Origin: Sulfolobales archaeon HS-7
GTDB taxonomy: Archaea; Thermoproteota; Thermoprotei_A; Sulfolobales; Sulfolobaceae
Direction of reading: 5' to 3'
Assembly: GCA_019704295.1 (NCBI GenBank)
Contig: AP024596.1
Location: 1,472,001-1,536,000 of the forward strand
Length of the DNA stretch: 64,000 nucleotides
The notes below the pieces were generated by a model. That model was given only the letters and a program-made list of their open reading frames with translations. It was not told the origin of the DNA and searched no databases. Position numbers and translations under genes: made by a program. This document shows, one piece after another, positions 28,109 through 39,326 of the stretch (positions within the stretch are counted from its first letter, which is position 1; each line of letters opens with the position of its first letter).

Positions 28109-29284
28109 TCACTTGACCTTCTCTCTTATTGCATCAGCAATTTTCATCAAACTATCAGGTCCTATACTATCCTCTGATTTAGGAGGTTCCTCCAATATTC
28201 CTACCAATCCCGCCCTGGGAATTCCGAAGTTCTTTATCCTCTCTAAGGCCCTTTTCCCCTCACTTTCGGTAAACCTATTCTTTACCTCATATGCAATAAA
28301 TGGCCTTCCCTTCCTTAACAGAACCACGTCTATATCCCCTTGCGGAGTGTAGCCCAGCTCTGCGTCATAATACTCAGCTAGCATTTCCCCAATGGCGAAT
28401 TGAATCTCCTTTGAGATGGGGTAGGTTAAATTGACCGGACCTACTCCTTCAGAAATCCTGTATTTAGCCTCTGCATAGAACACAACGCTCATTATCGGAG
28501 ACTCAAGATCGTAATACCACTCGCTACCCTTTCCTCCTCTGTAGACTTTGATTTTCTTTATAAGACCCATTTTGAACAGGGTTGTCAAGTAGGAGGATAC
28601 CTTAGAGGGGTTAATGTCCATTCTAGACTGTAGTTTCGCGGAAATCATGGTGGAGTTCCACATACCCTCAGATATCTCCAGTAATATGGCTTCATACGTT
28701 TGGGTCAGTTTCCTCTCCTCCTCCTGAAACACTTCCCCTATTAATCCCTTATTAATGTAGTAGAAGGATTGAGGGTTTCTCCTCACATCGTCCCAGTCGG
28801 TTGCATGTTCTGTAATCCAAGGATCTCTGAAAAGCAGGGCCTTATACGGGTCTTTGACGCTAATTAGGGCATCGCTAAATTTGATTATTCCCATCTTGTA
28901 GGGCACTACTAAACCTAAAAATGGGCTATTGCTCTCCACGACCCTATTGATTACTCCTAAAGAACTCGCCAAGAGGATCAGGGTGCCCCTAGGATAGGCC
29001 GTGGACAATAAATCAAGGTACTTCTCAGGTAATCTCTGAAATTCGTCTAGAATGACGGTCCTCCCGTTTTTGAGCGAGGATTGAATTCTGCTCATTCCTT
29101 CGTGAAGGGGTAATTCCTCATTCTCGTAAATTACGGACAAAGTTCTAGAAATCAAATAATATTCGTCGAAATCTACGCACTTCTTAACGAGGTAAGTTTT
29201 CCCTACTTTTCTCCTGCCGTAAATTAGCCTCCATCCCTTTAAATTTCTTATCTCATCGCACTCCCTTCTTCTTATGTCAAACAT
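28109..29284 (-). CDS. Archaeal ATPase (P-loop + wHTH + C-terminal PD-(D/E)xK-like domain)
   Basis: YGRRKVGKT, VILDEFQRL, DIDVV...AYEVK. Confidence 0.88.
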   Translation of the reverse strand: MFDIRRRECDEIRNLKGWRLIYGRRKVGKTYLVKKCVDFDEYYLISRTLSVIYENEELPLHEGMSRIQSSLKNGRTVILDEFQRLPEKYLDLLSTAYPRGTLILLASSLGVINRVVESNSPFLGLVVPYKMGIIKFSDALISVKDPYKALLFRDPWITEHATDWDDVRRNPQSFYYINKGLIGEVFQEEERKLTQTYEAILLEISEGMWNSTMISAKLQSRMDINPSKVSSYLTTLFKMGLIKKIKVYRGGKGSEWYYDLESPIMSVVFYAEAKYRISEGVGPVNLTYPISKEIQFAIGEMLAEYYDAELGYTPQGDIDVVLLRKGRPFIAYEVKNRFTESEGKRALERIKNFGIPRAGLVGILEEPPKSEDSIGPDSLMKIADAIREKVK

Positions 29285-29313
29285 ATATTCCCCAATATAT
29301 ATTCCGGAATATA
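29283..29313. promoter_or_regulatory. Tandem palindromes at the ATPase start (putative operator)
   Basis: ATATATT-CCCC-AATATAT (29283-29300) overlapping TATATTCCGGAATATA (29298-29313). Confidence 0.5.
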
Positions 29314-29647
29314 AGAATATAAATATCCACTAGAATTGCTTGATCTAAGGATGTCGTAAATTGTCTAAATTTTGCAAGGTATTCGAGGAACCCAGAAATA
29401 CGCAGTTTACGCAGTTAATGAGAGGTAGCTCTCCAATGCACAGAATACGCTCTACTAAAGAACAGGGTGGAACTTTTCTTGACCCCACTTGATAATGGCC
29501 TAAGCCCCAAAGGCTAACACAAAAGTTATTGACAGAGGGTGATGACTTCCTAAACTTTAAGAAATGATCAGAACTAAATATATCAAGAGTTGCGATTCAC
29601 TTTATAGATCTCAAAAGATTTAAATTCGTACATGTATAGGTTAACTT

Positions 29648-30874
29648 ATGAAGATCCTTATCTCCTCAATCGGAGACCCTAGATATGACGAGGTGAAGTA
29701 TCGCCTAGAAGACAAGGAATATCAGAGCAAGTTTTCAGGTGAGGCTATTTATCAGGCGTTTAACCCCGACGTAGCCATAGTAGTCGGACAGTACACCTTA
29801 GCTCATAAGTCAAGCACACCCACGAATTACGCCGATTTAAAAGAAAATTCTGAGAAATACATCAGAGAAAAACTCAATTTATCATCACAGTGGAAGGTGA
29901 TAGTTTCACCCGGCGTGTACGGTTACTCCGATGGTTGGAGTTACGTAGGGGAAATATACAACTTCTACGCGTATACCCTATACGAGCTGTATGGCATGCT
30001 CCTCAATAAAAGGGAGGACTTGGAGGTATTCCTCGATATAACTCACGGAGTCAACTACATCGGTTACCTAACTGCCAGTGCCGTACAGCAAATTCTTGAC
30101 GCCTATTCAACAGGTTTCAACGTTAGGCTCAGATTGTTCAACTCAGATCCTCATTACAAAAGCGAGAGTAAGATGGTATCGCTTTCACTTAATGAGATAG
30201 TGAACAGGGAGGTGAAACCAGCTTTCACCTACTCAACATTAGAGCAAAACGTCCTTCGTCCCGCCAGATTCTTGTCTAAAGAAATGAAGGAGGATATAGG
30301 GAAGAGGATATCCAAGGAAATTCCAGGTGAGGTAGACGACCTCTACTTAATTAACGCGATTAACTCCGGCGCACTGCTTGCAGCTTATGAGTTAGCCAAG
30401 GACTTCGGAGAGGTTATAAAAAAGAGCGTGAAACTATTCGAGGAATACGTTCATGTAGAACAGAAAAGTGTTTACCAAAAGGTAGCTTTTACGTCAAAGT
30501 TCGAGTCGTTGATAATCGCCAGCATATTGAGGGAGATCTCATTGGGGGATTTTAAAGGAGATGTGACAGTCTCAGAACTGTGGCGAAAGGCGAATCAAAT
30601 CTACAGGTACAGGGATATGCAGAGAACAATTATTAATAATGAATTGTATGAAATAAAACAAGAAGTAGAAAAGGCAACGAGTACGGTAACTCAAGATGGG
30701 TGGGAACCTCTATCGAATTTCATCAAATCGCAAGAGGAACCTGACAAGAGAACTTTCCTAGCCCATGCGGGATTACCAGGTTCCTTATGTGAGGTTAAGG
30801 TCGAAGATAAGGAGGTCAAGCTTAGATATAACCAAAAGGGTAAGGAGCGGATCAGAAATTACCTAAGAATTTAG
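29648..30874 (+). CDS. csx1: CARF-HEPN ribonuclease Csx1 (DxTHG family)
   Basis: ISSIGDPRY, FLDITHGVNY, FNSDP, HEPN motif RTFLAHAG. Confidence 0.92.
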   Translation: MKILISSIGDPRYDEVKYRLEDKEYQSKFSGEAIYQAFNPDVAIVVGQYTLAHKSSTPTNYADLKENSEKYIREKLNLSSQWKVIVSPGVYGYSDGWSYVGEIYNFYAYTLYELYGMLLNKREDLEVFLDITHGVNYIGYLTASAVQQILDAYSTGFNVRLRLFNSDPHYKSESKMVSLSLNEIVNREVKPAFTYSTLEQNVLRPARFLSKEMKEDIGKRISKEIPGEVDDLYLINAINSGALLAAYELAKDFGEVIKKSVKLFEEYVHVEQKSVYQKVAFTSKFESLIIASILREISLGDFKGDVTVSELWRKANQIYRYRDMQRTIINNELYEIKQEVEKATSTVTQDGWEPLSNFIKSQEEPDKRTFLAHAGLPGSLCEVKVEDKEVKLRYNQKGKERIRNYLRI

Positions 30875-31729
30875 GTATGCCGTAGGTAGATATTTATCTT
30901 AGTCAAAATGATGGGAAGCCTCCTGGGTATAATTCGAGTTTCTTTTGTGATTGTAATTCTTGAGATGTATATAACCAAAGTGAATTGTTAAGCGTAAACT
31001 CCTGCTAATCGATCCCGTAGCGTTTATAAAGTTTTTCAATATCCATAAATAAATTGTATCAGTAAAGAACTCTGAACGTCCTCATCTATTATGACCACTT
31101 TAACTCGCGATAATGAATATGTTTTGATGAGAATAACTAGTTAAAGTAAAAGGTATAAAAGACGTCTATCCAGAATCAAATTCATTTAATTATACTTATA
31201 CAATAAAGATAGTTTATCATATGTAGAATCGATTACGTGATTTTGGTAATTAAGGCTAAGGGAGCAAGCTTTTTGTGAGGACTTTATCCTATACTGGGAC
31301 TGCCTAACCGATTACTATATTATATTTATGAGATCAGCAAAGGTGTTTCAATATCCCCAAATCCCCTGTATTTGCCCTTAATTTCACCTCTGTAATCCCT
31401 TTAATTCACATAAAAGCTTCTTTATATCGTAACATCATTATATACGTCGGGCATCATTTCGTGTCATCATAACTTGTATACTGTAGCATTTTCCCAAATT
31501 TAAGTAGCTATGGTAAGCACCTGTTACAATAATCATATTGGAATTGAAATATTGTAATTTAAGAACCCCCTCGGAAATACGCTCATCTCGCCTAAGAGAA
31601 TACACAGCAGACAGAGGGAGATATCGGTTAGGTGGTAAGTGCTTCCCCAAGATCTCTTTAACCCCTCATTGTTGGGAAATACCGATTATCCCTCAGTTCA
31701 ATTAATTAACCTAGGGGAGATATACATCT

Positions 31730-32929
31730 ATGCGTGTAGATCCCCGCCTTTGCATCTCCTGTAGGGGGGCTAAGTACCTCTGCGGACTTAACTACTGTCC
31801 TGTCATGGTGAGAAATGCGTTACATAAAGTTAATTTGGATAAGGACATAAGTGGGAGTTCACCGCCGTCAGTTTTTGTAGGGAGATTCGGCTATCCTAGG
31901 ATTACTGTGTACCCCTCTACTCCTCCTATTGGTGGGGACACGTCTCATTACGAGGATCCGTCTGCCTGGTTGAAAATGGATATTACCTCTTTTTTATCCA
32001 TGAGAATGTCGATGGTAAGGGGGGGATTAGAGTACAAAGTTACGGAAGCTCAGAACCCGGAGAGACGTCTCTACGACGTGCAGATTGCCTCGCTCTCCCC
32101 CAGACCAGTGGAAATGGAACTGAGGCTCGTCTCTCCTCCTCGGGGAGGTATTTTAAGCGAAACCTTACCCCCCATAGGCCCTTCCGCCTCGCTCAGTTCT
32201 CTCAAGTTAGGTACTCTGCCACCTCCTGAAAAAGTGGTCGAAAGGGTTTTCCAGGAGAGGGATATCAAGGCGTCTGAGGCCATGAGGACTCTTTATGAGT
32301 CGGGGATTTCCGTCGAGAGAATCAGTAGACTCCTTAGCGTTGGTAACCTAGGGAGGAACAGAAGACTTGTACCGACGAGGTGGAGTATAACGGCTGTTGA
32401 TAAGAACCTATCCGACTTTCTAGTAGGGGAAATAAAGAGATTCCCTCAGATAGATAGCGTTGAAGTGTACGTTAGGAAATTTAATCTAAATGCCTTTGTA
32501 GCAATCCTGTTACCGGGGAACTGGGCATTCGAATGGGGCGAGGCGTGGTTCCCCGCTACTACCTGGAATATGTGGGGGGAAGAACCTCAGGTTTCGGTGG
32601 ACTATGAGGGGTACTTCGGCAGGAAGACCTATCCGGGCATTGGCGGGTGTTACTATTCGTCCAGATTAGGAGTCGCGGAACACCTTCACAGGAGAAAGAG
32701 ACAGGCAGTTTCAATTCTCTGGAGGGAGATTTACCCTGGATTTTACTTTCCCATAGGAGTGTGGTTCGTGAGGGAAAACATCAGAGAGCTTTTCAAATCG
32801 CAACCTGAGAAATTCTCGACCCTCGATGAGGCTTTGGAGTTCCTTAACGGTATCCTCAAGGTGAAAACCCCTAACTGGGAGAGGAGTTCCGGTTTGATCC
32901 CCATTGTAAGGTCGAGGCTTTTTCCATGA
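31730..32929 (+). CDS. nreA: Nre-family archaeal DNA repair protein
   Basis: LCISCRGAKYLCGLNYCP, GSSPPSVFVGRFGYP, RRLVPTRWSITAVD, GGCYY, GVWFVRE. Confidence 0.9.
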   Translation: MRVDPRLCISCRGAKYLCGLNYCPVMVRNALHKVNLDKDISGSSPPSVFVGRFGYPRITVYPSTPPIGGDTSHYEDPSAWLKMDITSFLSMRMSMVRGGLEYKVTEAQNPERRLYDVQIASLSPRPVEMELRLVSPPRGGILSETLPPIGPSASLSSLKLGTLPPPEKVVERVFQERDIKASEAMRTLYESGISVERISRLLSVGNLGRNRRLVPTRWSITAVDKNLSDFLVGEIKRFPQIDSVEVYVRKFNLNAFVAILLPGNWAFEWGEAWFPATTWNMWGEEPQVSVDYEGYFGRKTYPGIGGCYYSSRLGVAEHLHRRKRQAVSILWREIYPGFYFPIGVWFVRENIRELFKSQPEKFSTLDEALEFLNGILKVKTPNWERSSGLIPIVRSRLFP

Positions 32930-33708
32930 TAAGGGAAATTACAGTTAAGACGGCTTTAAGTAAGTCTAATCTTAAGGAGCTCGACTATGCACTAAATCCA
33001 TATCTCGGATGTAGGTTGTCCTGCACCTACTGCTATGCGAGGTATTTCTCCCCAGAGGAGGTAAAGGAGAAATGGGGGGAAGTGATTCTGGTAAAGTCGA
33101 ATTTGTTGGAGGTACTTAGGAGGGAGGTTAACGTTAAAAGAAGGGGTGTGGTAGGCGTTTCCACAGTTACCGATCCTTATCAGCCGGTGGAAGCTCAACG
33201 AAAGATCACAAGGGGGTCGCTGGAAATTCTCCTCAAATCGGGATTCAGGGTCTCGATTCAAACTAAGTCACCCCTGGTTTTAAGGGATGTAGACGTACTT
33301 TCGAAATATAGGGAAAAAGTGGACGTCGGAATAACCATAACAACTGTTGATAGAGACGTTTCGAAGGAGATTGAGCCGTTTGCACCGTTACCGGACGCCA
33401 GGTTTAACGCCGTCAAAGGCTTAAGAGATGCGGGAATTGAGACCTGGATTTTCCTCGGACCTATAATTCCTGGAGTTAACGAACACTTTGAGGGAATCTT
33501 GGAAAGGGTGAAGGACATGGGAATAAGGGTAATATACGATTTCTATAACCACTATCCTGGGTTACCCTTTAGCAGAATTCGGAGGGAGAAGATCAAGGAA
33601 TTGGAGGAGAAGTTGAAGAGGTTATGCCTGGAGTTAGGAATTCAGTGTCACTCGGAAGAGGAGGATTGGATCTTTGAGAAAAGAAGAGCAAATCGTCCCC
33701 TATTCTAG
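32926..33708 (+). CDS. Radical SAM protein, SplB-like family
   Basis: LNPYLGCRLSCTYCYA, STVTDPYQPVE, IQTKS; ATGA overlap with nre. Confidence 0.9.
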   Translation: MIREITVKTALSKSNLKELDYALNPYLGCRLSCTYCYARYFSPEEVKEKWGEVILVKSNLLEVLRREVNVKRRGVVGVSTVTDPYQPVEAQRKITRGSLEILLKSGFRVSIQTKSPLVLRDVDVLSKYREKVDVGITITTVDRDVSKEIEPFAPLPDARFNAVKGLRDAGIETWIFLGPIIPGVNEHFEGILERVKDMGIRVIYDFYNHYPGLPFSRIRREKIKELEEKLKRLCLELGIQCHSEEEDWIFEKRRANRPLF

Positions 33709-33727
33709 TAAGTAAACTAACCGGCCC

Positions 33728-34072
33728 AACCGGTAGACCTAAAACTGTTTTACAAATGTGAATTCAACACGAGTCTCATATTTTTTCACAGAAAAATAAT
33801 ATAATTTATTATCTCTTAGTGAACAGTGTTAAAAACAATGTTTCAAGCAATCAATACAAATAAAACAGATTTCATTACTCACGTCTTCATCGTTTTCTGA
33901 TATTAAAACAGTATTCCTTAGTTTCTATCGTAAAAATATAAAAATTTAATAAGACGCTTAAAAATCTCTAAAAATTTTTACAGAATTAATGACCTTATTA
34001 CGTTAAACTCCCATGAACTACTATTGATGGATGAAAATTACTTTTGCTAATCGGATTTTGGGTCTACCGGTT
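33728..34072. mobile_element. Non-autonomous MITE-like element, 345 bp
   Basis: 17-bp terminal inverted repeats AACCGGTAGACCTAAAA and TTTTGGGTCTACCGGTT (1 mismatch) around a very AT-rich non-coding core. Confidence 0.6.
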
Positions 34073-34238
34073 ATAAGACGGTATATCGCCATTTACACCG
34101 ACACCTTCCCTAGCTTTAGGGATTTCCCCTTACAAGGTAATTGAGAAACGATTAACATCGACGTTTAAGATGACATTAACATAACTAAAAATTCAGGAGA
34201 ATTAAATAGCGTTATAATGTAGGAAAAAACATTACATT

Positions 34239-35492
34239 ATGGAACTCAGAATTTCCGACGTGAAGTTCATTACAATTCAGGCGAATTTCGAATGGACTTT
34301 CGTGAAAGTTTTTTCTGGGGAGGAATACGGGATAGGAGAAGCCGGTCCCGCCCCATCGATCTCTGCAATGGGGGAAAAATTCAAGAAACTGATAATAGGA
34401 GAGGACGCCTTAAAGCTTAGGAGGATTGAGGAGAAGTTCAGATTCGCCTCCCTTTACTCTGGGACGACAACACATCACGTAATGGCAGGAGTAGTAAACG
34501 CAATCTACGACTTAATAGCAAGGCATCTTAATATTCCACTTTACAAGTTCTTAGGAGGAGATAGGGAGAGCATAAGGGTTTACGTCGACGCTCACGGAGG
34601 TAAGGGATTGGAAGCCATGACCTCGATACAGTTACCTACATATCCGGAATTCCTTAAAGGAGCTGATGTAGAGAGGGAAAGGCTGACGTCGTCCAATAAC
34701 CCGATACATGGAAGACTTTCGCAGGAGAAATGGAATGAGGATTACACGCCAGAAGCTTATTCCAAAAGAGCGAGAAACATGGTAAAGGAGGGCTTCACTG
34801 CAATGAAGTTCGATCTAGACGTACCGACGCCTTACTCAAAGGAGTATAACATTAGGTCTGGACAACTCACGAATAAAGACATTGATTACATGTATTCAAT
34901 AATGAAGTCGGTAAGGGAGGAAGTTGGAGATGAAATTGACGTTATGGTTGACCTCCACTGGAGGTACGATATTAATACAGCAGTTAGGATATGCAGTACA
35001 CTGGACCCCTTAAGGTTAAAATGGATTGAAGATCCGGTTCCAGCTCAAATGTCGATAAGTAACGTAGACGAGTTCAGACTGTTAACCGGTTTCTGCAGAA
35101 CTCCTATTGAGACCGGTGAGAACTTTTATGAGTCTATCCAGTTCAGGGAGCTGATACCCGTGGGAGTGAGAGTATGGGCTCCGGATATAGCTAAAACCGG
35201 AGTAACTGAGGGTAGGAGGATAGCCGAGTTAGCCTGGATGTACGACATAGAGTTTTCTCCCCATAACATAGGCTCACCGATAGCTACACTGTTCAATGCA
35301 CATGTGTCTTCTGCTGCAGGTACTCTAGGGGCTGTCGAGTTTCACGGTCACGACCTTCCAATTTGGAATAAGATCTCTATTCCTGAGGTGAAAATAGAAA
35401 AGGGGTTCGTAAAATTAGACGACAAACCTGGAATAGGCGTGGATCTTAATGAGGAGTTTCTAAAGAAGACGTTCAATGCTTCTTTTTCCTAA
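34239..35492 (+). CDS. Mandelate racemase/muconate lactonizing enzyme family protein (probable sugar-acid dehydratase)
   Basis: GIGEA, PLYKFLGG, MKFD, MVDLH, WIEDP, TGEN, APD, SPHN. Confidence 0.9.
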   Translation: MELRISDVKFITIQANFEWTFVKVFSGEEYGIGEAGPAPSISAMGEKFKKLIIGEDALKLRRIEEKFRFASLYSGTTTHHVMAGVVNAIYDLIARHLNIPLYKFLGGDRESIRVYVDAHGGKGLEAMTSIQLPTYPEFLKGADVERERLTSSNNPIHGRLSQEKWNEDYTPEAYSKRARNMVKEGFTAMKFDLDVPTPYSKEYNIRSGQLTNKDIDYMYSIMKSVREEVGDEIDVMVDLHWRYDINTAVRICSTLDPLRLKWIEDPVPAQMSISNVDEFRLLTGFCRTPIETGENFYESIQFRELIPVGVRVWAPDIAKTGVTEGRRIAELAWMYDIEFSPHNIGSPIATLFNAHVSSAAGTLGAVEFHGHDLPIWNKISIPEVKIEKGFVKLDDKPGIGVDLNEEFLKKTFNASFS

Positions 35493-35765
35493 ACCTATGT
35501 GTGAAATAAGCGGCCGGAATCCGTAATAAGTTTGCGAGACATTTGAAGATAACCCTTTCCTTAGTGAGAGATGGGTTATTTCATATGTCCTTCGATTAAA
35601 CTGCTCTACTTACATGGCTTAGTGGCCCCCTTCTTGTGAAAGAAGCTCGACAGGCTCTAAGGGTCCACTTTGTTCACCAAATTCAGGGTGCCTGAGACGT
35701 AGATTGGAACATAGATACATTATAAACCATATTTACATATTCAAGCTCTAATCCCTCCCTTTCTA

Positions 35766-36134
35766 TTATTTCCCTAAGAAGAGCCCTATTACCTCCTCAT
35801 TATCTTCGTCCCATCTCATCCCTATGGAGTAAATCCTGTTCTTTAGTCCTTTGACTTCAGTTAGTTCTGTCATAGCTAAAGAGAGTTTAGTTAACGCATC
35901 CTCACTCCTCTTCTGTGCTTCGACAAGCTCGTTTAACGTCCTGACTACAGAATTTAGAATTTGCCTATTCTCTAAGTTCAATTTTGCCTGTTCCTCTAGG
36001 GATTTACTTACATTTTCCAGTGTAGTGCGTATTACTATATTATCGATACCAATCACTTGTTTAAGTTCTTCCCTAACCTGAAGATCCTCACGTAATAACC
36101 TTATTAGGATCTCCTTAACCTCAGTCATTACCAT
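35766..36134 (-). pseudogene. Truncated coiled-coil (DUF3782-like) protein
   Basis: EVKEILIRLLRED, heptads (LVEAQKRSEDALTKL) and IGMRW; the expected C-terminal nuclease-like domain is missing. Confidence 0.5.
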
Positions 36135-36481
36135 GTACTTTATACCGTTCTACGATGAAAACCCTCATACGATAAGCAGGAGATCTGAAAATTTATTAAT
36201 GTAGAATTTCGTTAATGAATGGTAAGATATGTAAACTATTCTGCCCTTACGAGTTCATTCAAGGCACTACACGCTTAGCCTCTAACACAGCTATGAAAAC
36301 AGCGAGTTCGGAAGACTACTTACCTCAACGTCGTAGTCCTTGACGTTCTTAGTCTAGGACAACTTGGACCTCTTTGGGACTAAATACTTCCACGGGGAAA
36401 GTATTTTACACCAGGGATTAGGATAAAACGAGTATTACGTTAGTAAAACAAATGAAGGTATGATCTCAAAAATAGAAGTAT

Positions 36482-37384
36482 CTATGACTTGAGCATCTTC
36501 GCTCTTACGTAACCTGCAACCTGAGATATAGCGTCTCTCCCTGCCCTAACCAATTGGTAGAAGCTGACGAATCCATGGATCATGCCCATGTACCTTACTA
36601 AAACAGACTCATTTCCTGCTTCCCTCATCATGTGGTGATAGGTTTCACCTTGATCTCTCAGGGGATCGTACTCTGCAGTGATCACCAAAGCTGAGGGAAG
36701 GTTCTCCAGTTTACCGAATGCGGGAGAAGCGTAAGGTTGGATCGCCTCCCTTCCAGATGAGAAGTAAGCTAAGCCGAACCAATTCATTAGGTCCTTGGTT
36801 AGAAAGTAACCGTCTCCGTATTCCCTAATAGAAGGTGAGTTGTCCACCATGTTTACTGCGGGGTAAATGAGGCACTGACACCCTACTATTCCCTGATCCT
36901 TATCTCTGTCAATCTGACTTACTACCGCTGCCAAATTCCCTCCAGCGCTGTCCCCCGCTACGCAGACTTTACCTGAGTCCCCTAGGTGATTCTCCCTCAA
37001 CCACATGAGAGTATCCCACGCATCGTTGACCGGGATTGGGTACTTGTGTTCAGGCGCTAACCTATACCCCACCGAGAGGACCGTCATTCCTGATTCCTTG
37101 GCCAAAAGCCTCACTAATCCATCATAGCTCTCAACGCTTCCGAAAACGAACCCTCCTCCATGATAGTATACAAGGATTGGAGAGTTCTCCTCTCCTCCAT
37201 AATAGAACCTTCCCATGATCTCCCCGTCTCTGACCTTAATGACGGCGTCCTTAGTCCTCATGGAAATCTTATCTCCTGATCCGAAGAAGGAGTCGTGTAC
37301 TCTCCTTATTTCGTTGAGATCTCCTTTCAATTCCAGCTTGGGAATCATGGAAAGTATTTTCTTTACATCGGGATCCAATGGCAT
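36482..37384 (-). CDS. Alpha/beta hydrolase, HSL-family carboxylesterase
   Basis: MPLDP, HGGGFV, GDSAGG, AEYDPLRDQG, HGF. Confidence 0.95.
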   Translation of the reverse strand: MPLDPDVKKILSMIPKLELKGDLNEIRRVHDSFFGSGDKISMRTKDAVIKVRDGEIMGRFYYGGEENSPILVYYHGGGFVFGSVESYDGLVRLLAKESGMTVLSVGYRLAPEHKYPIPVNDAWDTLMWLRENHLGDSGKVCVAGDSAGGNLAAVVSQIDRDKDQGIVGCQCLIYPAVNMVDNSPSIREYGDGYFLTKDLMNWFGLAYFSSGREAIQPYASPAFGKLENLPSALVITAEYDPLRDQGETYHHMMREAGNESVLVRYMGMIHGFVSFYQLVRAGRDAISQVAGYVRAKMLKS

Positions 37385-38363
37385 TTGTAATCACCCGGAA
37401 TTTGTATTTAAAAATAAAATGCTTTCTGGGTTAATGGTTCTGATAAGTTATTAACTAAGGGTCTAGGAGATATTTTAGCATATAATTAGTTGGAATTGTT
37501 AGTAAAAAGATCGATCACACGTCAATTTCATGTTAACTTTGTCTGAATACTACAAGGAACATATTTATATTAGAAATCCTCATCATACTTAATATTTAAA
37601 TAATAATAATAATATTTTATACTATATATACATATAAATTAAAATCCATAGCTGTTACCTGAATTCTCCCATATAGACTTGATATTAACAGGATATAATG
37701 ATAAATATTCAATAGCTTTGCCTGATTTTTCCACGAAATAGGGAGGTCATTTACCATTTCCATCCTCAGCTAAAAAGCTCCAAACCTAGGTCCTCTCATA
37801 CCTTAGAAGCATCTCCGGTGAAGTTAACTGATCGTTCGTGGTTCGTTTGCCAATTTAGTTTACTTAAAGGAGGGTGACGAATTTAATTGAATGTAACCAT
37901 AACGACTATAAGGAGATCTACGTTCACCAATACTTTTGTACACGCCTCGTTCATGAATTGGAATTTGGGGGACACTAATCCCCTGACGTTGTGTCAAATA
38001 ATTTATTGGAAAGATAGAAAATTATATTAAAGATATATTTATATAGGAATCTTATTATAATTTATTTATGAATCTTATGAACTCAGTTGTTTACTTTCCG
38101 TACCTTCCAAATTCCTCATCATTTCTAGGTTCAGGAATTGTTGAATCTTCCTAAATTCAAAGTTGTTTCTTAAAAAATTTTATATTATTTTTGATAAAAG
38201 TTAGAGAAAGCTGCTAAGCAGTGAATGAAAGTAGGTTAAGAATTGAATGGAACGTCTGTCCCTAAGAGTTGAGATATTGGTTCCTTCTTTTAAATATACC
38301 TAGTAGCACGGTTCCAAGGTAAAATATGCAACTATAGTTCGTATCTCTTAAAATTTTAGTCTC

Positions 38364-38780
38364 TCACTTGTTTTCCCTACTATATCTTTGATATGTTTCA
38401 AGAACATCCCTCCAGTTCTTTACACCGCTAACAGTTAACGCGCCACTATCATAAACTATGGTTAAGTCGGCCACGTAGTTGCCTTTTAAATGACGAAGAT
38501 TAGAGATCCTTAGCTCTCTAATAGCCTTAAGAGGTAACTTAAACTTGCCTAAGATCAACTTCTTAGGTGTAAGGCGAAGATCAAGGGGTCGGACTAAGAC
38601 AAAGAGGACGGTCATTGTTACAAGGAAAGATGATAACAATAATAGGTAAACGAATAGGTTTTTCAATACGATTAAAGCAATTTCATCGACAATATAGATT
38701 ATCCAAATTATCCCTAACAGGAGGTAATAGATCTTGTCCCCTTTTTCCGTCCTTATTCTTAATGATAGGGGAGCTTTCAT
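38364..38780 (-). CDS. Hypothetical membrane protein (2 TM plus small beta domain)
   Basis: Two hydrophobic helices followed by a beta-rich domain; TATA-like sequence upstream. Confidence 0.6.
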   Translation of the reverse strand: MKAPLSLRIRTEKGDKIYYLLLGIIWIIYIVDEIALIVLKNLFVYLLLLSSFLVTMTVLFVLVRPLDLRLTPKKLILGKFKLPLKAIRELRISNLRHLKGNYVADLTIVYDSGALTVSGVKNWRDVLETYQRYSRENK

Positions 38781-39326
38781 AATTATTGATTTGAAGTTAA
38801 GTAAATAAGCATTTCTTCGGAGAAGTCTAATTGGTGATGAACTATATTAATATAGTTTCATATAATAATTTTATTAAAATCTCATACTTATGACATTTGT
38901 TTCTAATTCAAAAATAATAGATAATTACAGGAAATGATAATAAGGGCGATTCACATCTTCATCGTGAATTCGGTTTATTTCAGTAAATATGACAAATTTA
39001 ATTCAATATTACCGAAACGACTGATAGGGATTTAAACTTAGCAATTTACTGAATTTTCTCTTAATATTTAAATGGGAAAGAGTGCCGAATACATCTTTCC
39101 CTAAAGTTTCTAAAGTCTGATCCGCTAATGTTGAATAAGCCTATCAAGGAAAAAATAAGGAAGTCTGCAATCACGACTCTAGAGATACTTATATAGCTGT
39201 AACAGTATATAATTTCAAGAAGAATTATTTGAGAGAACTATTTTTCCATTTAATTTTCTCTTAACGCTATTTTTAGGTAAGAACCATTACATCTGCAAGT
39301 AATAGTGTGGTAGACCCACAAGCGGT

